Position numbers and translations under genes: made by a program. The notes beneath the pieces are model-generated. The model was not told the origin of the DNA. It searched no databases and saw only the letters and a program-made list of their open reading frames with translations. Shown here piece by piece: positions 55,918-64,000 of a stretch of DNA of 64,000 nt. The DNA comes from Smithellaceae bacterium (GTDB lineage Bacteria > Desulfobacterota > Syntrophia > Syntrophales > Smithellaceae): NCBI GenBank assembly GCA_963667845.2, contig CAXXVL010000001.1, positions 256,001 to 320,000 of the forward strand, written 5' to 3'. Within the stretch, counting starts at the first letter, position 1. The number at the start of each line of letters is the position of its first letter.

Positions 55918-57147
55918 ATGAAAATATCAGAAATCGAACTTTACCATGTATCCGTGCCTCTCCCGGAAACCTTCTGGCCGACCTGGATTCCCGGTTACCC
56001 GCAGACGCATAACAAGTTTACCCTGATCCGCCTTGTGACGGACGAGGGGATAGAGGGGTGGTCCGCCGGCTCTGCCATGGGAACGGAACGCGAGGGATTG
56101 GGAGACCTTCTCGGCGGATACCTTCTCGGAGCTGACCCGACTGATCTTGACCGCGTACAGGGATTACTAAAACAGGCCGGCTTTCTCGGCTGGAGAAATT
56201 TCTGGATAGAACCCGCCTGCTGGGACATCATGGGGAAAAAAGCCGGGAAACCCGTATACGAACTCCTGGGCGGTAATGCCCGTCCTGTCGAAGTATATTG
56301 CTCAACAGGCGAGATGCGTGATCCTGTTCAGCGGGTTGAGGGGCTGCAGGAAATGAAGAAGAAGGGCTTCCGGTGCGCCAAGCTCAGGGTAAAAAGCATC
56401 AAGCTAGAGGATGACATACGCCAGATCACGGAAGTTCGGAAGGGGATGGGCGACGACTTTGTGCTGGGGGTGGATGCCAACCAGGGGTGGCTTGTAACCA
56501 TCGTAGACAATATCCCGGCCTGGGACCTCGCCCGCGCAAAGAAGTTCGCAGACGCCTGCGCCGACCAGGGCATTGAATGGCTTGAAGAACCGCTTGATTC
56601 AAGGGACTACGACGGCAGTGCCGAACTGAAAAAATATTCAAAAGTTAAAATATCCGGAGCCGAGCTCAACTACGGCTGGGACGAAATAAAAATCATGTTT
56701 GAAAAGGACTGCTTTCATGTCTACCAGCCCGACGCCACCTTCGCCGGCGGCATTGCCCAGGTCAAAAGAGTAATTGATGAATGCAACAAGCGCGACCGCC
56801 TGTACTCGCCGCATACCTGGACGAATGGGATCGGTTTTTATATTAACTGGAATCTTGTTCTGGCAGACAGGGATAACAAACTGCCGCTGGAATATCCTTT
56901 GGAATACCCGTCATGGATACCCCAATACCGGGAGGGGATCATATCACCGATCCTACCGGATCAAAACGCCATGCTTCAGCCGTTTAAAGGGCCGGGGCTC
57001 GGTTTTGAGATTGATAAAAAGCTGCTGAAAAAATACGGCAAGCGCTTCTTCCGAATGACGGAGACCGGCCTTAAAATAAAGGTCATCAGAGAAAAAGGCA
57101 TCCTGGAAGCATTAAAATTAAAAAAAAGAAAAGAATCGCAGGAATAA
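55918..57147 (+). CDS. Mandelate racemase/muconate lactonizing enzyme family (enolase superfamily)
   Basis: WDIMGKKAGKPVYELLGG, VDANQG, WLEEP, GAE, QPD, PHTW. Confidence 0.9.
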   Translation: MKISEIELYHVSVPLPETFWPTWIPGYPQTHNKFTLIRLVTDEGIEGWSAGSAMGTEREGLGDLLGGYLLGADPTDLDRVQGLLKQAGFLGWRNFWIEPACWDIMGKKAGKPVYELLGGNARPVEVYCSTGEMRDPVQRVEGLQEMKKKGFRCAKLRVKSIKLEDDIRQITEVRKGMGDDFVLGVDANQGWLVTIVDNIPAWDLARAKKFADACADQGIEWLEEPLDSRDYDGSAELKKYSKVKISGAELNYGWDEIKIMFEKDCFHVYQPDATFAGGIAQVKRVIDECNKRDRLYSPHTWTNGIGFYINWNLVLADRDNKLPLEYPLEYPSWIPQYREGIISPILPDQNAMLQPFKGPGLGFEIDKKLLKKYGKRFFRMTETGLKIKVIREKGILEALKLKKRKESQE

Positions 57148-57353
57148 AAAACAAAGGACGTGCTGAGGATAAATAGGGGATCGGTCCAATTTATTATGTC
57201 AATTTACTTTCTTACCAGCGTTCCGCTGTTTCCAAGCGTCCCGCTGTTTCCCACTTGTTTTCTCAGAACATTGTCTTCAGTCAGGCATTTATTAAGTCTT
57301 GTGCCCCCCGGATTGCCAAAGTTTACACTGCGGACCGCAGTGTTGGTTTATCC

Positions 57354-57557
57354 TCAGGAAAATTGACCTGACGGGGCGCAGGAGGATGAAGCTTTTGTCG
57401 AGTTGCCCGAACCTGACGATGAAAAAGTAGACAGCTGAGTCTCCATCTTATCATGACCACAAGCAGGACAAACTGCATGCTCTTTATCGTCACTGCGAAT
57501 GCAGAGATATTCAAATATTTTTCCACATTTTTTGCATTTAAATTCGTGTATCGGCAT
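57354..57557 (-). CDS. FmdB-family zinc-ribbon protein
   Basis: MPIHEFKCKKCGKIFE..CPACG with GGAGG RBS. Confidence 0.85.
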   Translation of the reverse strand: MPIHEFKCKKCGKIFEYLCIRSDDKEHAVCPACGHDKMETQLSTFSSSGSGNSTKASSSCAPSGQFS

Positions 57558-57726
57558 AATCCTTACCTCCCTGACATTATAAAAAATGCTTCTTTTGCAG
57601 CGATTATTCCTGGGGCTAAAGTATGGTCTCACGCAAGCGATGTCAAGGACGCAAGGCATAATGCGATTAGCCCGGCATTGTGATCTGCTATGTGCGAATG
57701 GGAATGCCCTTAAGTATTTACCGTGG

Positions 57727-57770
57727 AGAAGAAAGGAGTGCCCGATCAGAAAGCAGAGGCAGTCGTTTAG
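57727..57770 (+). repeat. Remnant of the IS3 orfA start region
   Basis: 41/44 identical to 58352-58395, with ATG changed to ATC. Confidence 0.8.
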
Positions 57771-57930
57771 ACGATGGCCATTTTCAATTTACTTTTTTAC
57801 CAGCGTCCCTGTGTTTTTGGCGGTTAAAGTTTATTGATTACAAACTGAACTATGCAATAGCCGGTATCCGAATTCCACCAAACGTTTTCTTATGGCAGGA
57901 AAGGCATAAATGGCAGCGCTAACAGGCGGA

Positions 57931-58294
57931 TTACTTCTGCTTAGCGAGGAAATCCTTTGCCTCTTCGAGAGTTTTAAAAAGGACAAGGTTTTTCCTGCCT
58001 GTAAAGGTTAGGATGCCATTAAAGATCACTTCCTTTAAGCCTTCCACACCGTAAACTGCCGAGCATTTAATATATGGGGTGTTTGCCTTCACAAAATCCT
58101 TCAGGGCGGTGGTGATTTCCATGTTAAAATTTGAACCTTTGACATTTACAAGCGCAAGTATGGAATTTTGAGGTTGCTCGGAAATTATTGCTTGGGCTTT
58201 TTTAAGAAGGGGCAGTATTTCCTCGGGTTTGCTTTGTGAATAATCCTCATATAGTATCTTTACTCCATTATGCGTTATAAAGCTTACTCCTGCC
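57931..58294 (-). pseudogene. ~121-aa hypothetical gene whose start codon is cut by IS3
   Basis: Frame is open from the IS edge (AGVSFITHNGVKILYEDY...EEAKDFLAKQK*) and meets an in-frame TAG just inside the IS. Confidence 0.7.
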
Positions 58295-58369
58295 TGAACC
58301 TACCCCAGTTTAACGGACACTTCAAAAAGTATACAGAGTCGTATACAATGAAGAAGAAAGGAGTGTCCG

Positions 58370-58675
58370 ATGAGAAAGCAGAGGCAGTCATTTAGCCGGG
58401 AATTTAAGCTGGAAGCAGTGAGGTTGATGGAAGAAGGAAAGAAGCCAGCTGCGGAACTAGCCCGGGAGCTTGGGCTAAGGAGAAACCAGCTTTATAAATG
58501 GAAAGAAAAGACGGATCTACATGGTGGCGGTGCGTTTCCCGGACATGGGCGACGAGCTTCAAGCGGAACAGAAGCGGAAGAGATCAGCAAATTGAAACGC
58601 GAGTTGGAACGAGTTAAGGAAGAGAATGAAATCTTAAAAAAAGCCGCAGCGTTCTTTGCGCGGGAAATGAAGTGA
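58370..58675 (+). CDS. IS3 transposase OrfA
   Basis: FSREFKLEAVRL..ARELG..LYKW HTH and EENEILKKAAAFF. Confidence 0.95.
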   Translation: MRKQRQSFSREFKLEAVRLMEEGKKPAAELARELGLRRNQLYKWKEKTDLHGGGAFPGHGRRASSGTEAEEISKLKRELERVKEENEILKKAAAFFAREMK

Positions 58676-59535
58676 AGTATCGGTTTATCCGGTCGCAGAG
58701 AACGCAATATAGAGTAGCGGTGATGTGTAGAGTATTAGAAGTATCCAGAAGTGGATATTATGGTTGGATGGATCGTCCGGAGAGCGAACGAACAAAACGG
58801 CATCGAGAATTAACCGTTAAGATACGGCAGGCGCATCTTGCCAGCAGGAAGATATATGGCGCGCCGCGCATTCATGGCGATTTGATTGATCAAGGGGAAC
58901 AAGTTGGTCGAAACACCGTGGCCAGTTTGATGCGGAAAGCGAATATTCAATCAAAAGTACATAAACGTTTTGTGGTAACGACCGATTCAAGAGGAACCAG
59001 AAAACCCGCTGAGAACTTACTAGGCGGAGAATTTACATCAGACACAGCCAATCGGAAGTGGGTATCTGATGTGACGTTTATCCCGACCCGGAAAGGCTGG
59101 TTATATTTATCGGCGATCATGGACCTTTATTCCCGAATGGTTGTTGGCTGGTCAATGGGGGAGAAAAACAGTACCGAGTTGATTGAGGATGCCTTAAAGA
59201 TGGCGACGGCTCACAGAAAAAACATTAAGGGCGTGCTTTTGCATTCGGACCAGGGTGTGCAGTATGCGTCGACATCTTATCAGCAGTTATTAAGCAGCCT
59301 GGGTATCATCTGCAGTATGAGCCGGAAAGGTAATTGTTGGGATAATGCACCGATGGAGAGTTTCTTTCATTCTTTGAAAACCGAGTGGGTAGGCTTTGAG
59401 GATTACAAGACCCGATCGGAAGCCCGAGCCAGCCTGTTTGATTACATCGAGCTCTTTTATAATCGCAAACGCAGGCATTCTACGTTACAGAACAGAAGTC
59501 CCTGGGCCTTTGAAAATGCCGGGGTTGTCCCTTAA
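58672..59535 (+). CDS. IS3 transposase OrfB (DDE)
   Basis: WVSDVT, LHSDQG, GNCWDNAPMESFF. Confidence 0.95.
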   Translation: MKYRFIRSQRTQYRVAVMCRVLEVSRSGYYGWMDRPESERTKRHRELTVKIRQAHLASRKIYGAPRIHGDLIDQGEQVGRNTVASLMRKANIQSKVHKRFVVTTDSRGTRKPAENLLGGEFTSDTANRKWVSDVTFIPTRKGWLYLSAIMDLYSRMVVGWSMGEKNSTELIEDALKMATAHRKNIKGVLLHSDQGVQYASTSYQQLLSSLGIICSMSRKGNCWDNAPMESFFHSLKTEWVGFEDYKTRSEARASLFDYIELFYNRKRRHSTLQNRSPWAFENAGVVP

Positions 59536-59838
59536 CCGAGGTGTCCGTTTTTCTGGGGGAAGATCACTGTTAACTTATTAACTTCTGATGGACGACGGCT
59601 GCGCCCTTAAAATTGTAAGTTAATGGTAAAAAAAGCCGGGCGTCGCCTTCCGGCTTTGCTTTATGAAGTAGCTTCGTCAAGCGCGATGCTAATTTTGTAG
59701 ATCTTATGCCCGGTTCTGTTTTCATTATTCCATTGAACGGGATCAAGACCGGTGATACTAGAGTAATCGAGCCGAAGGCGAAATCGCCGTAGCTGATCCC
59801 GTAGCAACGGCTTGTATCCTGGCCCGGAGCATATTTAA

Positions 59839-60090
59839 ATGTCTGTCCATATCATTCCTGTTGATAAACTCAGTGATGAAGCCTTGAAGGGGGTCATCGA
59901 CGAATTTATTTCCAGGTGTGGGACGGATTATGGCGCAGTGGAGGCTTCCTCTGAAACAAAATTCAGACAGGCCAAACAAAAACTGGCAAGCGGTCTGGCC
60001 GTGCTTATCTTTGACGACGAGACCGAGACCACTAATATATTTATGAAAGACGATCCTGTCTTAAAGAAGATTGATAAATTAAATGAATAA
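59839..60090 (+). CDS. yheU: YheU/UPF0270 family protein
   Basis: IPVDKLSDEALKGVIDEFISR.GTDYG..L.SG.AVLIFD. Confidence 0.8.
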   Translation: MSVHIIPVDKLSDEALKGVIDEFISRCGTDYGAVEASSETKFRQAKQKLASGLAVLIFDDETETTNIFMKDDPVLKKIDKLNE

Positions 60091-61147
60091 AATAAGCCAC
60101 GGGCATGGCCCCCAAAGCAAGACTACGAAGCCTCACGTAAAAAAAATCAAGGCTGCTATACCTTCTGCTTTGCCGGATCGGGAAACTCGCCCATTCCAAC
60201 GCGTGACCTCGCGCCACATTAAGGTGGTCAGGTCAGGCACTGCACTTCCGGAATCGGGGTCTCACAATAAAAAAGATCTGCCGCAAAACGTTTTGCGCGT
60301 GACGCGCCCTTGCAAGCTTCTGGAGTTTCTCTGCGAATCATTTCCTGAGCGGAGCCGGAAATCCGTCAAAGCGCTTATTGAATTAAAGCAGATCATGATC
60401 CGCGAACAGTTTGTCACCTGGTTCAATTATCAACTCGAGCCGGGGATGGATGTTATCGTCCTGAAAAAGAATACGTCACAAAACAGGACGCTGCGGAAAA
60501 TGAATTTGCTCTTTGAAGATGATCATCTGATCGTGATTGAGAAATCGGCAGGGCTTCTTTCGGTCGCGAGTGAAAAGGGCAATGACGAAACGGGCTTCAG
60601 CATTTTAAAAAGCGCCGTGAAGAAAAACCATCACGACGCGGAGGTGCATGTTGTTCATCGTCTGGATCGTGATACCTCGGGTGTCATGATGTTTGCCAAA
60701 AGCAAAGAGATTCAGCAGAAATTGCAGGACAATTGGGATGCCATCGTTACAAAGCGGATTTACTATGCGGTGGTCGAGGGATGCGTCGAAAAACAGAGAG
60801 GTGAAATTGTATCGTCTCTTAAAGAAGATAAATCATTGCGCGTGTATTCATCAAAAACGCCGGAAGATGGACAAAAAGCGATTACCCGTTACCGTGTTTT
60901 GAAAAGCAGTACCCGATATACGCTGCTGGAAGTTGAATTAAAGACGGGCCGAAAAAATCAGATACGCGTTCATCTTCAGGACATCGGCCACAGCATCGCC
61001 GGTGATAAGAAATACGGGGCAACAACCAATCCGCTGCGCCGTCTCGCGCTGCATGCGGGAATCCTGGAGTTCACGCATCCGGCAACCGGCAAGCGCATGC
61101 ATTTTGAAACACCGATTCCTGCAATTCTGGAAACTGTGTTCAGGTAA
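60083..61147 (+). CDS. RluA-family RNA pseudouridine synthase
   Basis: VHRLDRDTSG, TGRKNQIRVH, GDKKYG, LALHA. Confidence 0.93.
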   Translation: MNKISHGHGPQSKTTKPHVKKIKAAIPSALPDRETRPFQRVTSRHIKVVRSGTALPESGSHNKKDLPQNVLRVTRPCKLLEFLCESFPERSRKSVKALIELKQIMIREQFVTWFNYQLEPGMDVIVLKKNTSQNRTLRKMNLLFEDDHLIVIEKSAGLLSVASEKGNDETGFSILKSAVKKNHHDAEVHVVHRLDRDTSGVMMFAKSKEIQQKLQDNWDAIVTKRIYYAVVEGCVEKQRGEIVSSLKEDKSLRVYSSKTPEDGQKAITRYRVLKSSTRYTLLEVELKTGRKNQIRVHLQDIGHSIAGDKKYGATTNPLRRLALHAGILEFTHPATGKRMHFETPIPAILETVFR

Positions 61148-61166
61148 AATAATCGAGACGGTTTTG

Positions 61167-61235
61167 ATCAGCCATTTCATTAGTTCGCAGCAAGCTATGG
61201 CGAATTGATGCTCGTCCCGCGTGAACGGGATTAAA
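61167..61235 (+). repeat. 101-bp element, internally deleted copy 6
   Basis: Keeps both ends (ATCAGCCA ... CGGGATTAAA) but lacks hairpin 1. Confidence 0.8.
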
Positions 61236-61470
61236 ACTCTCTGTGTATTTCAAAGTGTTTTGCTAAAAACAAAAACAATATTCAGAACTAATGCATTAAT
61301 TTAAATTTCAATTCTTCTTTCAAAAAAAATATTCTCGTAATCGAGTGCGAATTTTATTTACTGACTGCGCACTCGATTCAAAAAAGATTAAGTTGTCGTA
61401 AAAATTAAACCTTTCCGGCGTGATCAAAAAATAATGTTCGATTGACGTTTTCACTTAAGGAAAAGAGTGA

Positions 61471-61499
61471 TTGACATCACAGGGAGGGTTGCATATACT
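61471..61499 (+). promoter_or_regulatory. Near-consensus sigma70 promoter
   Basis: TTGACA-N17-TATACT. Confidence 0.75.
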
Positions 61500-61505
61500 A
61501 TTGGC

Positions 61506-61705
61506 AACAATAAATCCGGTTCTTATCTAAGTCTGTTTCTGCACGTAATTTCCCACTGATTAATCAGCATGAGACAATAAGGACGAAGTAGCTTATTCCA
61601 CTCTGGAAGAGTGTCTACATAGAGGAGCTACGGGTAGGCTAAGGTAGCCATAACCCAATCTGTGCAAAAGAGTGCTTCTGCTCTTTTCAACACAAGGAGG
61701 TCATT
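61506..61705 (+). ncRNA. Candidate structured cis-regulatory leader
   Basis: Consecutive stems fill almost the whole UTR (see findings). Family not recognised. Confidence 0.4.
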
Positions 61706-62131
61706 ATGACAAGAATAAACCTATTAGTAGCAAAAGTTGTGCTTTTAGGAGTGTGTATCCTGTGTATTTCATCAGGGACTTTATGGGCCGAAGAAATGAC
61801 AATTTCGGTTACAGCATACACACTGACGGAGTGTTACCACAATAACGGTAAGACGGCTTCGGGCGAAATGGTGAGAACCGGAATCGTGGCTGTTTCACCG
61901 GACTTGGAGAAAAAGGGGTTTAAATTAGGAACCAGGATCGAAATCAGCGGTATGGGAACCTATATCGTCAAGGATCGAACCAGTCGCAAGAATCGTGGTA
62001 ACGTCGACATCTATATGCCTTCGTACGAGCAGGCAATAAAATTTGGAAGACAGAAATATGCTTTGGTCGAGAACCAGGAAGGATTAAGTCCATTAAACGG
62101 CATCGAAAAGTATGTCTGTATTCTAGATTAG
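61706..62131 (+). CDS. Secreted 3D-domain protein (MltA-like peptidoglycan-associated domain)
   Basis: Signal peptide, VTAYT, TASG, VAVSPD, VKDR, VDIYM, A.KFGRQ. Confidence 0.85.
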   Translation: MTRINLLVAKVVLLGVCILCISSGTLWAEEMTISVTAYTLTECYHNNGKTASGEMVRTGIVAVSPDLEKKGFKLGTRIEISGMGTYIVKDRTSRKNRGNVDIYMPSYEQAIKFGRQKYALVENQEGLSPLNGIEKYVCILD

Positions 62132-62149
62132 TTATGTAGATCCAAAGAA

Positions 62150-62201
62150 AAATGCCGTCCAAGGGGTATATGCTCCTCACCCCTGGACGGCAAATTTTTT
62201 T
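62150..62201 (+). terminator. Rho-independent terminator
   Basis: TGCCGTCCA.GGGGT / ACCCCTGGACGGCA stem followed by a T run. Confidence 0.7.
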
Positions 62202-62348
62202 GTGAATCCGCTGCTTCCTCACATCAACAAAAAATCATTTTCATCGGCAAATCTTTCAATCATTCAATCGTTCATCGATAAGAGTTATCCAAACAACAGC
62301 CGCAAGAATCTTCCGCTGCGGCGGACGATTCAATCAATGTGCACGGTC

Positions 62349-62449
62349 TTTAATCTCCCTGTTGTGGGACGAGCGCTAATTCTCCGTAGCTTGCTGAGAA
62401 ATAATGACGTTCATTTCAAATCTCGACAGTTTGCTGCGATCTGGTTGAT
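62349..62449 (-). repeat. 101-bp three-hairpin dispersed element, copy 7
   Basis: Reverse complement colinear with 721-821. Confidence 0.9.
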
Positions 62450-62572
62450 AAAAAGTAAGTTTTCAGCGGCCATTTTTCCTGTGCCGCATGGGCCATGGTT
62501 TTTCTTTTTGGAAACCAAAGACATGTGTTATGATATCGCCAAACGTTGCGATCAATGCCAAGGAAATTTTGC

Positions 62573-63397
62573 ATGAAGAAGATCGGTTTAGGGATACTGA
62601 TTCTGCTGATTGTGCAATTGGGGAATTTTGCGATTGCCTCAAATGCGAGCCTCAGTGAACTTGCTGAAAAAGCCAGGAAGCTCGAAGCTCAGGAGAAACA
62701 TTCCGAGGCGATGAAGACCTACGAGCAGCTGCTTCAACTGACTGAGAAGCAATATGGCAAAAAAAATGTGAAAGTCGCCGAAGTTCTGATCGCGATGTCT
62801 CTGGTCGCGCGCTACGGTTTTCATGATGAAAAAAAATATCATGAACTGCAGGGCAGGGCGAAGGTCATCAAGATGACGCTCAACGGCACAGTAAGTTGCG
62901 GGGAACCCGCCCGATGGGACTATGAGCCCTGCCGGGAAAGATGGCTGGGGCCCGATGCGTGCTTTAAATTTACGGATTACCGAAATTATATCAAAGTCAC
63001 GTATTATGGACTGACAGGATCGGCGTTTAAAACGCCTCAGGATTTGACCGGGCGATTAAAGGAACTGTTCGGAAAATTTACAATCGAGGACGGCGTCAAA
63101 ATCGCCAACCGCGATGCCCGGCGGATAAAACTGAGATACGAGAGCGGCGGTTACTACGAGCACCATGGAAAATACCTGCCGAAGGAATTTCAATACGAAG
63201 AGTTTATTATGCTGCCCCTCGCGCAGGGATTTCTGGCCTTTAATTTTAACATGAACAGCTACGGACCGATTCCCACGGCCTTTTCCAAAGAGGAAGCTCC
63301 CGAAAATCTGTATGGCGACGCCTACGAAAATTATCAAACATGGTCATCGTTTCTGAAAAACTGTTTTGTGACCGAAGGAGCGAAAAATGCAAACTGA
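62573..63397 (+). CDS. Secreted hypothetical protein with N-terminal TPR-like helices
   Basis: Signal peptide and EAMKTYEQLLQLTEKQYGKKNVKVAEVL. Confidence 0.65.
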   Translation: MKKIGLGILILLIVQLGNFAIASNASLSELAEKARKLEAQEKHSEAMKTYEQLLQLTEKQYGKKNVKVAEVLIAMSLVARYGFHDEKKYHELQGRAKVIKMTLNGTVSCGEPARWDYEPCRERWLGPDACFKFTDYRNYIKVTYYGLTGSAFKTPQDLTGRLKELFGKFTIEDGVKIANRDARRIKLRYESGGYYEHHGKYLPKEFQYEEFIMLPLAQGFLAFNFNMNSYGPIPTAFSKEEAPENLYGDAYENYQTWSSFLKNCFVTEGAKNAN

Positions 63398-63953
63398 TGC
63401 ACCGCCCAAATTATGGTCTCTTGATTTTCATGCCCGCTACTTCCCAGCATTTCTGTGGAGGCGGTTTCGTTCCAAAGAGCAAAGGGGATCGGGTTTCCAC
63501 TCGCCTTTTGAACTCTACATTGTCCTGGCCGTCTGCATCGTCCTGGCGGTCATGGGCGCGCCCTCGGCGTTATCGAGTGGGTCGATTGCCGGATGGGCCG
63601 CATTCGGTATAGGCGCGGCAGGTTTACTGGGCGTCATCATCCATAGCGTGGCGTCTTCCTGGGGCCGGCGTCCGTCGTACGAAGATTTTCTTGCGGGGTG
63701 CTTTTTCTTCTTTCTCACTTTAGGGCTGACCGCCGGGATTTTTACAAGCTCACTCAATCACTATTCTTTTTTCCCGGGTCTTTTGATCTGCCTTGCGGGG
63801 TTGATCATCGGTTATGCACTGGGCATCCTGGCCGGGCTCGGGCTGCAATATTTAGGCTGGCTGGCCGTCGCATTAAACGGTCTGGCCTATCCGGCGATTA
63901 TCGGAATGGTGGTTTTGGATCTCGTTTTGCTGTCGGGAGCAGTGTTTAGCTGA
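63387..63953 (+). CDS. Multi-pass membrane hypothetical protein
   Basis: About 5 hydrophobic segments, overlaps the upstream stop codon. Confidence 0.65.
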   Translation: MQTDAPPKLWSLDFHARYFPAFLWRRFRSKEQRGSGFHSPFELYIVLAVCIVLAVMGAPSALSSGSIAGWAAFGIGAAGLLGVIIHSVASSWGRRPSYEDFLAGCFFFFLTLGLTAGIFTSSLNHYSFFPGLLICLAGLIIGYALGILAGLGLQYLGWLAVALNGLAYPAIIGMVVLDLVLLSGAVFS

Positions 63954-64000
63954 AGACCGGAGAAAGATGTATACGCTGGCCGAAAAGACAATCAAAAAGG

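Larger units (their letters stand above)
58295..59566 (+). mobile_element. IS3-family insertion sequence, 1272 bp, apparently intact
   Basis: TG...CA ends, 26-bp IRs 20/26 identical (TGAACCTACCCCAGTTTAACGGACAC / TGATCTTCCCCCAGAAAAACGGACAC), orfA and orfB in -1 phase, A7G slippery site at 58636-58643. Confidence 0.95.

Noticed and set aside
37827..57557. FmdE and FmdB names suggesting a formylmethanofuran dehydrogenase pathway
   Set aside because: Both are widespread stand-alone families, and no catalytic Fmd/Fwd A or C subunits are present.
721..62449. 101-bp element as CRISPR repeat or integron attC site
   Set aside because: Copies are dispersed in both orientations with no spacer periodicity, lack RYYYAAC/GTTRRRY ends, and no cas or integrase gene is present.

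Overview
Accessory-type chromosomal region of an anaerobic bacterium. The gene content (CoA ligases, 2-hydroxyacyl-CoA dehydratase with activase, a sigma54 activator, FmdE, molybdopterin enzymes, branched-chain-type binding protein) suggests a Deltaproteobacteria/Syntrophales-like organism; this is inference, not a search result. There are about 45 CDS, mostly small metabolic modules: a PAS-LuxR/binding protein/CoA ligase unit, a sigma54-driven CoA ligase-dehydratase operon, an HxlR-led redox operon with two FmdE copies, and a FadR-controlled pair of CrtI-like oxidoreductases with an enolase-superfamily gene. The window also has one intact IS3-family element and three damaged genes. No rRNA, tRNA or CRISPR array was seen. 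The most notable signals are: (i) a dispersed 101-bp three-hairpin element in seven copies, twice bracketing a single gene as an inverted pair; (ii) a secreted LRR protein fused to a permuted papain-like (YiiX/YebB) catalytic domain, followed by an unknown secreted partner; (iii) a ~200-nt highly structured leader between a near-consensus sigma70 promoter and a 3D-domain gene; (iv) an IS3 insertion exactly through a start codon with no target duplication. Family calls come from motif recognition only.
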